A stretch of DNA of 64,000 nt from Candidatus Cloacimonadales bacterium. GTDB lineage: Bacteria; Cloacimonadota; Cloacimonadia; Cloacimonadales; JAIOQZ01. Location of the stretch: contig CAXXTU010000002.1 of assembly GCA_963662655.2 (NCBI GenBank), forward strand, positions 1,120,001 through 1,184,000, in the 5' to 3' direction. Positions 48,788 through 59,078 of the stretch are shown piece by piece (the first letter of the stretch is position 1; each line of letters opens with the position of its first letter). The notes under the pieces are model-generated. The model was not told the origin of the DNA. It ran no database searches and saw only the letters and a list, made by a program, of their open reading frames with translations. The translations under genes were made by a program, and so were the position numbers.

Positions 48788-50152
48788 CTACTCCAGTGTT
48801 ATGGTCGGTGAATCAAAATTGACCGTCCATTCCAGATCACCCTTCACCGAACCTCCAAAAGAAACGTTCTCACCCCAATAAATCGAAAAAGCGCTTGGCG
48901 CTTTATGCTGAAGCGACGAATCGATCGCTCCGCCTCCCAAGCTGTAATTGGTGTTGATACAAATCAACGCAACTTCGCCACCCTGGGGGCCTCCCGCTGC
49001 AATCGCCTTTTCGATTAACTCTCTGTTGTCCGCATCGTAATCAACGACCCTGTTGTCCCGAATCGTCATCCTCAGGTTGTGAATATGCTCGCCGAACGCC
49101 TGGCCGACCTTTGCCTGAATCGTCCCGTTCAGGGTCCCGGGACGAGGGAGCACAAGCACCTTGCCACCCGGAAGGTTGATGATCGGGCTCTGGCGAGGAC
49201 TGTCTCCGAACGACCCGTACTCGCACACGACCCTGTCGATCTCGAAATCCAGCGTCGAGCCGTTCTCTTTGATCCTCATGACATTGTGATCGAGCAAGTT
49301 GCTTCCGACAGCGTCCGTCGCCTCGTAGAGCTGAGCATAGTCGATATCGAGCGCTTTCCAGAAGCGGATTTCGGAGATGATATCGCTCTCGTGAAGCGTC
49401 TCCTTCATCAGCCCCGGCATGATGGCCACCCGGATTTTGTTGCGCGCAATGATTTCGCGACTCTTCTCGAATCCACGGGCTCGGATCGCCATGCGCTCCT
49501 CGCCCTCCATCGGGATGTAACGCGCCTCGCCGTTGAGGTTCAGGAACACGTTGTGATTCTGGAGAAGCGAGTTGAATCGCTCGTAATCATGCGTGAGTGC
49601 GGACAATGAAAATTCGCTGTTTTTCGTTTTGATAAATTCAGCATGCTGGTAGATTACCGTTGTGTCGATCTGTCGCCGCCCCGCTTCCACTAGTAGTTTC
49701 TCCACCAGCGGCATGTTGTACTTTCCGGTGGTGACAAGCAGGCTCTCTCTCGGGCGAAGACGCAGGCAGTCGTTCAGAAGCTTCACAGCGAGGAAATCGA
49801 GATTGATACCGTAATTCTCCTTCAGAATCGCGTTGAGGAGCTCGCGGCTGTTCATCGGACCCGATACGGTATTCTTTCCTAGCGAGAAATCGATCACGTA
49901 GTTCAATGCACACGCGCGATAGTATTTTTCCTTGTTGTTGGCGGCGGTGTCGTCCTCGATGCGTATGAGCCCCTCGTTCTGCAATCCCTTAAGATTGTAA
50001 TGAACCTTTTGCTTGCTAACGCCGAGGATGTCGGCCAATTGCTGGCATGTAGCCGGATTCAGGATCAGTTCATTCAGGATTCGAAACTTGATGTCCGATC
50101 CCAGTTCCTTGATCTGCGTGTGCTTGTTGATGATGAAAACGTTCTCAATCAT
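48788..50152 (-). CDS. ArsR-like winged-HTH fused to M29 aminopeptidase-like domain
   Basis: ATCQQLADILGVSKQKVHYNLKGLQNEGLI...EKYY; then CLRLRPRESLLV, NLPGGKV...GTLNG and EVAL.INTN. Confidence 0.7.
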   Translation of the reverse strand: MIENVFIINKHTQIKELGSDIKFRILNELILNPATCQQLADILGVSKQKVHYNLKGLQNEGLIRIEDDTAANNKEKYYRACALNYVIDFSLGKNTVSGPMNSRELLNAILKENYGINLDFLAVKLLNDCLRLRPRESLLVTTGKYNMPLVEKLLVEAGRRQIDTTVIYQHAEFIKTKNSEFSLSALTHDYERFNSLLQNHNVFLNLNGEARYIPMEGEERMAIRARGFEKSREIIARNKIRVAIMPGLMKETLHESDIISEIRFWKALDIDYAQLYEATDAVGSNLLDHNVMRIKENGSTLDFEIDRVVCEYGSFGDSPRQSPIINLPGGKVLVLPRPGTLNGTIQAKVGQAFGEHIHNLRMTIRDNRVVDYDADNRELIEKAIAAGGPQGGEVALICINTNYSLGGGAIDSSLQHKAPSAFSIYWGENVSFGGSVKGDLEWTVNFDSPTITLE

Positions 50153-50255
50153 TCCCGCTCCTTCACTTTACGAATTATTCAAAACGAATATACGAGCAGA
50201 CGATTCGCAAGTCAAACGAATAATCTGTGTTCATTTTCACAATCGCCACCAAATA

Positions 50256-50478
50256 AGTCAAGAAATTTTTGACTAATCATCTCCAAATATGATACCAATT
50301 ATCCCGTCGCAAGAAGCCGGGATACGCTCCGGATAAAGCATTATATAATATAATGCTATATGCCCATCAGTAAAAAGTTCTCATCAAGCACCTTTTCTTG
50401 TCAATTTTTACTTTACCGAAAATCGCATGTCGACGAGTCCGCACAAATTCTTTTATGTTGGTCAAAAAAATATTGACA
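50256..50478. promoter_or_regulatory. Three GTCAA-N7-TTGAC palindromic operator-like sites
   Basis: 50257-50273 (perfect), 50400-50416 (TTTAC, one mismatch), 50461-50477 (perfect, overlaps TTGACA 50473-50478). Confidence 0.65.
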
Positions 50479-50538
50479 GAATTTTTGCAGCAAGTACCAA
50501 TCGGGCTCATGAAGATTATTCCATAAAGGAGGTTCATA

Positions 50539-53500
50539 ATGCGGAACGTAATCATAGGTATTTTCTTGTTCATCGCAATCAGCGCGTGGGCATCATCCTC
50601 AGACTACGTATTCTCTGTCGATTCAGCAACTTATACGGAGATCGCCGGCACGCATCTCGTTGGTGAGGGCGTTACCAGCACAACCGCCTCAGGCATCAAT
50701 ATCGGCTTCGACTTCATGTACAACGGTGAGGTTTTCACGCAGTTCGGAGCTTGCTCCAACGGATTCCTGATCATGGGAGACGGAACGACCAGCTCTCGAA
50801 GCAACGACCTCTCCAGCACCTTCATTTATCCGCTCATCTGCCCACTTTGGGACTATCAGAGGGTCGGATACGACACCGGAGAGATTTCATACGTCCTGGA
50901 GGGCGCAGCGCCCAATCGCATCCTCAAGGTTCAGTTCTACAACATGTACTGGTACAAAAGCATGGAACCGTACAACATCGTGAACTACCAGGTATGGCTC
51001 TACGAGACATCCAACAACATCGAATTTCACTATGGCTCCTTCGGCACAGCGCCGGGTGGAACCGCCAGCGCGTCCATCGGCATGAACATGCGCCAGAACG
51101 GCGAAACGCAGTTCGTCAGTATAACACCTGGCGATCCGGCCACGGCAAGCACGACAACCGACAACGACAACATCGGAGCAAGTGAAGCCGGCTACTTCTT
51201 CAACGGCATGGTTTACCGTTTCGCCTACAATCCGGCGAACCAGGTCATCAACTCCGCGGTTGTCACGCAAGCCAGTTCGGCTGGAGTTGAACTCGGAGCG
51301 GACAATCAACAGCTTCTTCGCATCGACGTCAACACGACCAACTCCGGCAATCCATACAGCGTAAACGGACTCACCTTCACAAACAGCGGAACCCTCACCA
51401 ATGGAACCGCGCGCATCTATTACACCGGCTCATCGAGCTCATTCTCGTCAGCCAATGCGCTGGGCGATTCCTACACGTTTACCTCGACAGGCGAAAGCCT
51501 CGCGTTCACCTTCTCTCAGGAGCTCATCGACGGCAGCAACTACTTCTGGCTGGCGTACGATATCCGGGGGGATTACGCATACCTGAACATGACTGCCGAC
51601 GCGATCGCCACCGCGATCGACATCCCCGGTGACGCGACTGTGCTCACGACCCCCGATCCCGAAGGATCGAGGCTCGTGGACGACACAACCGCTCCCGCGA
51701 TTAGCTACAGCAATCTCTCATCTCCCTACAACACAGACGACCGCACGCTGTCCGGCGTAACCATCACCGAGGCGGTCAGCATGAACGTCACGCCGCGCAT
51801 GTATTACAAGAAAAGCGCTAACGCAGACGCATTCGGCTCCTACCCCGAAGACAACGCTGCCACATTCGACGGATGGAAATTCGCTGAGGGCTCATATATC
51901 GGCAGCGCCTGGAGCTTCGATCTGGATGTCGATTTGATATTCGGCGGACTCACCGACGGCGACGTCGTTCAATACTTCGTCGTGGCGCAGGACGACAAAC
52001 CGGGTTCTCCGAACGTGGCTTCGCGCCCCGAAGGTTTTGAAGGAACGGTTACCGCGCCAACGACAGCGCCTTATTTCAGCTCGACATACAACATCATCCT
52101 TCCGCTCGCGGGTGACTATTACGTTGGGCCAGCCGAAGCCATAACCAGCCTTTTCGATTTCTTCGCCTACGCAGAAGCGCGCGGCATCGGCGGAGACGCC
52201 ACCATCTGGTTCACCGGCGACATTGAAGAGCCGGACAACGCCGAGCTCGATACGCTCGACGAGTACGGCGCAGGTGGCTGGACCATCTCGATCAAGCCGG
52301 TTCCGGGAACACCCGTCACCATTACAGGTGACTTCTCGGGATCGATGGTTGTAATCGACGCTGTGGACAACGTCGTGATCGACGGCGGAGAGAACATGGA
52401 GCTCACATTCGCTCCCTTGTACTACCGCGCACGCTGCCTCGAATTGAAAGACAGGACATCCAACACCGTTATCAAGAATTGTAACTTCTTCATCCAGAAC
52501 GAGTCGATCAACTCAAGCGCTTACGGCATCTACAACAGCAATGGAGGACTCACCGATATCCTGATCGACAACGTCAATATCCATTCCTGCGGTTACGGCA
52601 TCTACTTCGCCGGCAGCTCGCTCGATTACAGCCATAACATAACGATCCGCAACAGCCGCATCGGGAGCGACACCGAAGCCGAGTACTTCCTCGTCGAACC
52701 GGTCTACGTTCGTTATGTGGACAATCTGACCATTACCGGAAACGACATCGGAGGCTCTCTCTCGGACTCCTGGGCTCCGCGCGGCGTTGACCTCTACTTC
52801 GTCACCAACGCCGATGTGACATCGAACATGGTCCACGACATCATCTATTCAGGCTCGATGGGCATGGCTGCAAATGGAATCTTCGTCAGCAACCTCACCG
52901 GATCGAATCCGAACATCAACATCCACAACAACATGATCTGGCATTTCGGCGGCGATTGCGACCGGCCAACGTACGCTCCTGCCGGCATCCGCATCAACGG
53001 CGACTCCGTTGGCGGCATTTCGATCTGCTACAACACCGTTTACCTGCCGGCCGACGACGTCTACGGAATGGGAGATTACGACGACGACTTCACATTCAGC
53101 ACAGGCATCATGATCGATAACGGCTCCGGCATCTGCCCCACCGGAATCACCATGAAGAACAACATCTTCGATAACCGGCTCGGCGAGCGCACCGGCATCG
53201 ATCTCCCGACATACGCGACAGCCGTCTACGTTCGCAGCACGGGAACATTTGCCAATCCGTTCAGCGATATCTCGAACAACCTCTATTACACCGCCAATGC
53301 GGACAACAACGTCATCGCACTGCACTTCGATAACGACGCGACCTACAACTGGTACGCAACGCTCGCAGAATGGACGACCGCAACCGGTGAGACCGGAGCA
53401 GTTAACGCCGACCCGCTCTACGACGAAGCCAGCATACCGCACCTGCTCAACACCTCACCGGCCATCGGAGCCGGCGTTGCGATCCCGGAAATCACCACCG

Positions 53501-53775
53501 ACATCGATGGCGACCTCCGCAGCGATCCGCCATGTATCGGCGCAGACGAGCGTGGCGGTTTCGTTCTGCTCGCTCCGACAAACATCACAATGACTCAAAC
53601 AGGCGAATTGTTCACGATATCCTGGAACGAAGTTCCCGGCGCCCTCGGATACAATATCTATTGGTCCGACGCACCGGATGGGGAATATTCGCACTTCTGG
53701 TACACGACCGGAACCTGGATCAGCACATCTCCAGATAGTTCGATGAAGTATTTCAGGGTAACTGCTACACAATAG
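50539..53775 (+). CDS. Large secreted protein with Ig-like domains and right-handed parallel beta-helix; short Fn3-like C-terminal domain
   Basis: AAGGAGG SD; signal peptide; GSNYFWLAYDI; repeated NITIRN/ITGNDI/IHNNMI/YNTV coils; SPAIGAG...TTDIDGDLR...IGADE; ends KYFRVTATQ. Confidence 0.75.
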   Translation: MRNVIIGIFLFIAISAWASSSDYVFSVDSATYTEIAGTHLVGEGVTSTTASGINIGFDFMYNGEVFTQFGACSNGFLIMGDGTTSSRSNDLSSTFIYPLICPLWDYQRVGYDTGEISYVLEGAAPNRILKVQFYNMYWYKSMEPYNIVNYQVWLYETSNNIEFHYGSFGTAPGGTASASIGMNMRQNGETQFVSITPGDPATASTTTDNDNIGASEAGYFFNGMVYRFAYNPANQVINSAVVTQASSAGVELGADNQQLLRIDVNTTNSGNPYSVNGLTFTNSGTLTNGTARIYYTGSSSSFSSANALGDSYTFTSTGESLAFTFSQELIDGSNYFWLAYDIRGDYAYLNMTADAIATAIDIPGDATVLTTPDPEGSRLVDDTTAPAISYSNLSSPYNTDDRTLSGVTITEAVSMNVTPRMYYKKSANADAFGSYPEDNAATFDGWKFAEGSYIGSAWSFDLDVDLIFGGLTDGDVVQYFVVAQDDKPGSPNVASRPEGFEGTVTAPTTAPYFSSTYNIILPLAGDYYVGPAEAITSLFDFFAYAEARGIGGDATIWFTGDIEEPDNAELDTLDEYGAGGWTISIKPVPGTPVTITGDFSGSMVVIDAVDNVVIDGGENMELTFAPLYYRARCLELKDRTSNTVIKNCNFFIQNESINSSAYGIYNSNGGLTDILIDNVNIHSCGYGIYFAGSSLDYSHNITIRNSRIGSDTEAEYFLVEPVYVRYVDNLTITGNDIGGSLSDSWAPRGVDLYFVTNADVTSNMVHDIIYSGSMGMAANGIFVSNLTGSNPNINIHNNMIWHFGGDCDRPTYAPAGIRINGDSVGGISICYNTVYLPADDVYGMGDYDDDFTFSTGIMIDNGSGICPTGITMKNNIFDNRLGERTGIDLPTYATAVYVRSTGTFANPFSDISNNLYYTANADNNVIALHFDNDATYNWYATLAEWTTATGETGAVNADPLYDEASIPHLLNTSPAIGAGVAIPEITTDIDGDLRSDPPCIGADERGGFVLLAPTNITMTQTGELFTISWNEVPGALGYNIYWSDAPDGEYSHFWYTTGTWISTSPDSSMKYFRVTATQ

Positions 53776-53820
53776 TATGCCAAAAAGAAGTCAGTATTAA
53801 ATTCCCCGTGTAGTTGACCC

Positions 53821-53860
53821 AAAAATAAATCCCCCGGAGAACCTTCTCCGGGGGATTTTC
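53821..53860. terminator. Bidirectional intrinsic terminator
   Basis: AAATCCCCCGGAGAA-cc-TTCTCCGGGGGATTT between convergent genes. Confidence 0.85.
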
Positions 53861-53873
53861 CTTATTGAAAAAA

Positions 53874-55202
53874 CTATTCCCCTGCGATTAGCTTGATGAA
53901 GTTGGTGGATACACTTACGAACCATCCAACGGATGTTTCCTTTTCAGTGAGATCCCCTTCGGCCAGCGATCCCTTCTCGATCAACTCACCCTCGGAGTAA
54001 CGTTGCTTCAGCACATCCGTCTGCCCAATCGCCACACCGCCACTGAGCGCGAGGATATCCTTGGGTCCCCAGATAAAACCAACGCCGGCAAAGACGCGAC
54101 TTTTATCGATCTGCCCCTCTTCAAATCCGAAGCCGAAGTTCAGGTTGAATTTCCAATACCAGTCGGTGCGGCACGTATAGTGGAACATCGCTCCGTAGGT
54201 GAGTTTCTGCTTCTTGTTATCGCGATTGCGCCTGATAACCATAAGCGTATCGTTCTCCGTCTTGTCCAGCCGGTAGGATTTGTCGTATAAATCTCCCACG
54301 AAAAAGAAACCGGCAGTTACAAACTGCTGGCTCCCGCCCCGCGTCTCAATCTGAAACTCGATCGGAATGGGCGTTTGCTTCACCCTGTCCTTAAACTCCT
54401 CACGCACGACCGGCTGCACCTTGATCGCCACGACATCGCAGTCAGCCTTGATGAGATTCGATGAATAGGTGAAATCATTCTCGCTGATCTTCTTGTATCG
54501 ATTAAAGGCCAATTCTGTTTTTATAACATCAATGCTATCAAGCTCCTTTTTCATTTTCTCTAGGTTCTCTATAATCTTATTTGAATGATCGTTATTTATT
54601 GATTGTAGTTCAATTACTTGATTCGATATATCTGATCTTAATGTTCCAATTGTTGACACATTTTCATTAGCAAGGCTATCCATCGTCGTTCTAATAATTG
54701 CCAGGATTTTTTTTGGATCTTCACCTGAAATCAATTGTTCTCTGCACATATTTATCGCATTAATTATATCATTGATCTTCTCATATCTTGAACGCAGAAT
54801 ATCAACCTGTTCAATTACCCCTACTACATCACGCTCATTAACTTTATCCTGTTTCAACGCTTTTAGTTCATCCGCAAAACCATTTATGTTAAAATCGAGA
54901 CTCGCAGACTTCCCTTTTAAAAAACTTCCCGCAGGATCTAATGCGGTTGAATAGTTCAAGCCTTCGCTAGTAATTTCATAGTTATACACAAATGGGTTCG
55001 CGTTCTTGAGCTTCAAGGTGAACTGCTTATTGTAACTTGCGACCATTTCACCAGGATTGTTTTCTCCGTTTATTGTGTACTCGATGGGTGTTTTACTGCC
55101 CCTTGCTTTGAAACATGCACAGGACATACAAGAACAAATCAGCAGCAGCACAAGAAACCTGAGGACGATTTTTACAAGTAAACTAGCCTTACCAAAGCGC
55201 AT
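53874..55202 (-). CDS. Hypothetical exported/lipoprotein: coiled-coil middle, beta-strand-rich C-terminus
   Basis: AGGGGG SD before ATG 55202; hydrophobic N-terminus with Cys cluster (ICSCMSCAC). Confidence 0.6.
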   Translation of the reverse strand: MRFGKASLLVKIVLRFLVLLLICSCMSCACFKARGSKTPIEYTINGENNPGEMVASYNKQFTLKLKNANPFVYNYEITSEGLNYSTALDPAGSFLKGKSASLDFNINGFADELKALKQDKVNERDVVGVIEQVDILRSRYEKINDIINAINMCREQLISGEDPKKILAIIRTTMDSLANENVSTIGTLRSDISNQVIELQSINNDHSNKIIENLEKMKKELDSIDVIKTELAFNRYKKISENDFTYSSNLIKADCDVVAIKVQPVVREEFKDRVKQTPIPIEFQIETRGGSQQFVTAGFFFVGDLYDKSYRLDKTENDTLMVIRRNRDNKKQKLTYGAMFHYTCRTDWYWKFNLNFGFGFEEGQIDKSRVFAGVGFIWGPKDILALSGGVAIGQTDVLKQRYSEGELIEKGSLAEGDLTEKETSVGWFVSVSTNFIKLIAGE

Positions 55203-55571
55203 AATTCCCCCTTGAGTAGTCAGTATATACATAAAATTCAAGAATATTGCATTCTCCTATTTACCATCTGATACAATGAGGCCAAAGAAATAATCACAAT
55301 GTCAATAAATATAATTTTTGTTACCAGAGAGTGCCTTACAAGAAACATGGTTCCAATTACTTACACACCCACATTAATTTCATGAGTCTTCCTCATTCTT
55401 AATTTTTCCGCGCAAGTTGCGGTGATTCGGATCGATCGGCGAGTATTACGTGCAAATCGAGCGCTGATCGCTTGAGCGGAAAAAAGTTCGCACCTTGGGG
55501 AAATATTTTCTCCCTGCTGGGCGCAACATCACGGAAACAGGCTTATAATCACCCATTTCCATGCGCTTCGA

Positions 55572-55588
55572 TTGGCATCGCGATTGCA
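55572..55588 (+). promoter_or_regulatory. Sigma54 (-24/-12) promoter of fliD-fliS
   Basis: TTGGCATCGCGATTGCA, exact GG-N10-GC, about 100 bp before the fliD start. Confidence 0.75.
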
Positions 55589-55688
55589 AAATTAAAGGCG
55601 GCGGGGTCTGACATGGCTCCGCGAAAGAAAGTGCGGATTTTTCTAAAGAATGGATGTCTCACGTACGATATATTACTGGAGGTAGAAG

Positions 55689-58031
55689 ATGTCTGGAACC
55701 ATAACTTTTTCAGGACTCTCATCGGGTATCGATTTTGATTCGATGATCGATGAGCTTGTCGAAGCTGAAAAATACCAGGCTCGCCAGCTTGAAGACTGGA
55801 AGGGAGAGTGGGAGGAGAAGATCGATCTCCTCGCGGAGTTGCGCACGAAGTTTGCCAGCCTCGACACCACCATGACAAAACTCAGTTCACCGTCATCATT
55901 CTGGAAGCGGCTTGCGAACACCACGAACGATAACATCGCCACGATCGCGGTGGATAGCAGTGCGCAGCCGGGAACGTATTCAATCGAAGTGGGAAGCAAC
56001 ATCCAGCACATCTACTCCAGCAGGGGTTACTCCGCAGCTTCCGACATTGCGCTCAACGATGTCACGGAGTTTTTCACCGTATCGGTCGGTGGTACGGATA
56101 TTGGTACCATCGATGGCACCGGCGGCAAGACACTGGACGACATTGCCGCTGAAATCGACGCAATGGACGGTGTTAGCGCTGAGGTTATCAACGACGGCTC
56201 CTCCAGCAACGCGTATCGCCTCCAGATTACCGCGGACGATGGCGGAAGCGCGAATGAAATCACCGTAACGCAGACCAATACCGATGTATTCAGCGTTGGC
56301 ATCGACGATGTTGAAGTTATCGATGACAAAGGTGGCGACACATTCAACGTCAATTCCGGTGCAGGAAACTATTCAGGCTATGTGAATAAACGATTCAATT
56401 TCGAAGTCGTCGAAGGCGGGGAAATCGGAACCGACGAAATCAAGATCAAATGGACCGACGATGTTGAAGGCAGGTCGGGAACCATGACCATCGACGGCGC
56501 AGGAACTTATGCCGTAACGCAGGGTATCGAGCTGACATTCGCTGCCGGCGAGACCTACGAGGAAGACGCGCTGTTCGCCGTGGATGTGTTCCATCAGGAT
56601 TTCCAGAAGGCTCAGGATAGCGGCCTGGCATCCGCCGAGAAGGAAGTACACTCCGGCATGGCCGACCGCGATACTACGCCCGTTACGACCACCGATGCAA
56701 CATTCAGCTACACTTATGCCGGCCGATCCGGCGGTTCCGTCACCGTTGAGGCGGGAACGACGCTGGAAGAGCTTGCGGAAAAGATCAATAGCGACCCCAA
56801 GAATCCGGGCGTAAAGGCAACCATCGTCAACGACGGAACAGGCGCGCCTAACGCGTACCACCTCGTCCTGACCTCCACCAAAACCGGCGCGGCCAACAAG
56901 ATCGATAACATCGATTTCTCGTCGTTCACCGGAAGCGGCTTCGCATCGGGATCATTCACCGAGACCCAGAGCGCTACCAACGCGATGGTCAAGCTCGACG
57001 GATACCCCTCCGGAAGCGTGTACCTGCAGAATAACACCAACCTTTATAGCGATCTGATCGACGGTGCGTCCGTCACGATAAAATCCGTCGGTACAACCGA
57101 GCTCTCCATCGAAAACGACGTCGACTCCATGGTCTCCCTTGTTAAGGATTTCGTGGACGGCTACAACGAAGTGATGGGCTACATCAACGAAATCACCGAA
57201 GTGAATCCGAAGGAAGAGATTTCTGTCTACTCATCGGACGATGAAGAGGCCGACACATCGAGCCAGAATCAATCGGCCGCCCTCGCGGGTAACTATACAT
57301 TGTTCCTCATGGAGAGCAACCTGAAGAACTTCCTCGTTACCCGTGCCGAAGGCTACGAGGATGGCGAAGATCCCTACCTCCTTCTCTCGCAGCTCGGGAT
57401 ATCCACCAGTGACGACGACCTGCTCGAGTTCGACGAAGACGAGCTCCGCGATGCCATCAACGAAGACCCGGAATCCGTGGTCAGCTATTTCTCCGACAAC
57501 AAGGTCGGCGTTGTGGACAGCTCCGATGTCGCATACTATGGGGGAACCAGCAGCACCCAGCCGGGATCTTACCACTATAAAATCGTTGTTGACGCCAGTG
57601 GAACCCCGACAAGCGGCCTGCTCTGGAAAGACGGCGAAACGGAAGCAGATGCGATTACTCTGGCAATCAGCGGAAACAAGCTTACTGCAATGTCCGGCGA
57701 CGCCAAAGGTATGGCGTTGGAAATGTTGAGTTTAGACGAAGGAACTTATGATGGAACCGTCCGTGTTAAATATGGAAAATCACATGAATTCGACGACCTC
57801 ATGGACGATATTCTCAACGAAGAAGACGGAATGATTAAAGTTCTCGAGAGAAGCTACGAGAATATAATAGATAACATTGACACGAAGATCGCAAGGGAAT
57901 TGGATCGAGTGGCGCTGGTCGAGAACCGGTACCGCACACGATTTGCCAATCTGGAAACTACGCTGACGAACTATAACGGACAGCTCGACGAGCTCCAGCA
58001 GCAGATAGCTTCCATCCCGTCGATAGGATAA
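55689..58031 (+). CDS. fliD: Flagellar filament cap protein FliD
   Basis: ITFSGLSSGIDFDSMIDELVEAE N-terminus; VKDFVDGYNEV, LSQLGIS and RYRTRFANLE C-terminus. Confidence 0.93.
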   Translation: MSGTITFSGLSSGIDFDSMIDELVEAEKYQARQLEDWKGEWEEKIDLLAELRTKFASLDTTMTKLSSPSSFWKRLANTTNDNIATIAVDSSAQPGTYSIEVGSNIQHIYSSRGYSAASDIALNDVTEFFTVSVGGTDIGTIDGTGGKTLDDIAAEIDAMDGVSAEVINDGSSSNAYRLQITADDGGSANEITVTQTNTDVFSVGIDDVEVIDDKGGDTFNVNSGAGNYSGYVNKRFNFEVVEGGEIGTDEIKIKWTDDVEGRSGTMTIDGAGTYAVTQGIELTFAAGETYEEDALFAVDVFHQDFQKAQDSGLASAEKEVHSGMADRDTTPVTTTDATFSYTYAGRSGGSVTVEAGTTLEELAEKINSDPKNPGVKATIVNDGTGAPNAYHLVLTSTKTGAANKIDNIDFSSFTGSGFASGSFTETQSATNAMVKLDGYPSGSVYLQNNTNLYSDLIDGASVTIKSVGTTELSIENDVDSMVSLVKDFVDGYNEVMGYINEITEVNPKEEISVYSSDDEEADTSSQNQSAALAGNYTLFLMESNLKNFLVTRAEGYEDGEDPYLLLSQLGISTSDDDLLEFDEDELRDAINEDPESVVSYFSDNKVGVVDSSDVAYYGGTSSTQPGSYHYKIVVDASGTPTSGLLWKDGETEADAITLAISGNKLTAMSGDAKGMALEMLSLDEGTYDGTVRVKYGKSHEFDDLMDDILNEEDGMIKVLERSYENIIDNIDTKIARELDRVALVENRYRTRFANLETTLTNYNGQLDELQQQIASIPSIG

Positions 58032-58052
58032 CCGAAAGTCACAGGGGGAAAA

Positions 58053-58487
58053 ATGGATCAACGGCTTCAGACATACAAGCAGGTCAACGTCAACACGATG
58101 AATCGCGGAAAAATAGTTGTCATGCTGTTCTCAGGAGCCATCACGTTTCTCGGCAAGGCCAAGTTCTACGCCGAGAAGAATGATTTCTTCAACAAGGGTA
58201 AGTACATCACCAAGGCTCAGAACATTATCGACGAGCTGAACTACTCTCTGGATATGGACAAGGGTCAGGAGATTTCGAAGAACCTCCGTTCGATCTATGT
58301 ATTTCTATCCAGATACCTTACCCAGGCAAACGCGAAGAACGATCCGCAAATGCTCACGCGTTCCATCGGGATTCTCCAGAATCTCAAGGATGCGTTCAGC
58401 GAGATCGTCAACAATCCGGATTACGCGGAAGCGCAAACCGTTAACAAGAGAGAGATGGTGCAAAATGCGATCCGGCGTTGGGTATAA
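58053..58487 (+). CDS. fliS: Flagellin chaperone FliS
   Basis: YKQ...VVMLFSGAI.FL; KAQNIIDEL..SLDMDKG.EISKNLRSIY. Confidence 0.93.
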   Translation: MDQRLQTYKQVNVNTMNRGKIVVMLFSGAITFLGKAKFYAEKNDFFNKGKYITKAQNIIDELNYSLDMDKGQEISKNLRSIYVFLSRYLTQANAKNDPQMLTRSIGILQNLKDAFSEIVNNPDYAEAQTVNKREMVQNAIRRWV

Positions 58488-58492
58488 TTTAC

Positions 58493-58521
58493 TTGACCGA
58501 TTGCAGGTTGCATAGTACTCT
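58493..58521 (+). promoter_or_regulatory. Sigma70-type promoter
   Basis: TTGACC-N17-TACTCT upstream of GGAGG SD and ATG 58540. Confidence 0.55.
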
Positions 58522-58539
58522 GTTCTTGTGGAGGTCGTT

Positions 58540-59067
58540 ATGACTGTCGATAAGGTGATTAATCATATCGGTACACAATCCGTGGCGCAGGAACGCCTGA
58601 AAGAGGCCGCGGAAAAAAGCAGCTTAAAGAAACAAGATAAAGTTAGCCAGTCGGAGATTACCTCCGAGCAGGATCGTGCGGAATTCTCGGACCAAGCCAA
58701 ACAACTGCAGGAGACTGAGAAGATATTGCAGTTCGCGCTCGAGAAACTCGAGAAATACGACGAGGTTCGCAACGACAAGCTTGTCGATGTTCAAGACAGG
58801 CTCGACAGCGATTATTATTTTGGCGATGACATCGACGAGCAAATCTCCGAGAAGATCATTTCTCCCCGGGAACTTCTGAACACCGTGCGTAACAACATGG
58901 AAGTTCGGGAGTACATGGATCGCTTCAAGGAGATGGATTCCATCGAAGAAGATATCGATCAGGAGAAACTGATCGAGATCCGTAATCGCGTCGCCCAAGG
59001 TTATTACGACGATCCTGAAGTCCTGAATCAGACCGCTGACCGCATCCTTGAATTGCTGCGCGGATAA
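58540..59067 (+). CDS. flgM: FlgM-like anti-sigma28 factor with two FlgM C-terminal motifs
   Basis: DRAEFSDQAKQL; EVRNDKL.DVQDRLDSDYY and DIDQEKLIEIRNRVAQGYY...TADRIL. Confidence 0.65.
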   Translation: MTVDKVINHIGTQSVAQERLKEAAEKSSLKKQDKVSQSEITSEQDRAEFSDQAKQLQETEKILQFALEKLEKYDEVRNDKLVDVQDRLDSDYYFGDDIDEQISEKIISPRELLNTVRNNMEVREYMDRFKEMDSIEEDIDQEKLIEIRNRVAQGYYDDPEVLNQTADRILELLRG

Positions 59068-59078
59068 GATGGCGTAAC

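Noticed and set aside
55301..55314. FleQ-like box GTCAATAAAT upstream of fliD
   Set aside because: Only a half match, better explained as the -35 of the divergent gene.
55608..55618. GGCGGCGGGG in the fliD leader as a family-1 copy
   Set aside because: Short partial match with no partner arm or mini-hairpin.
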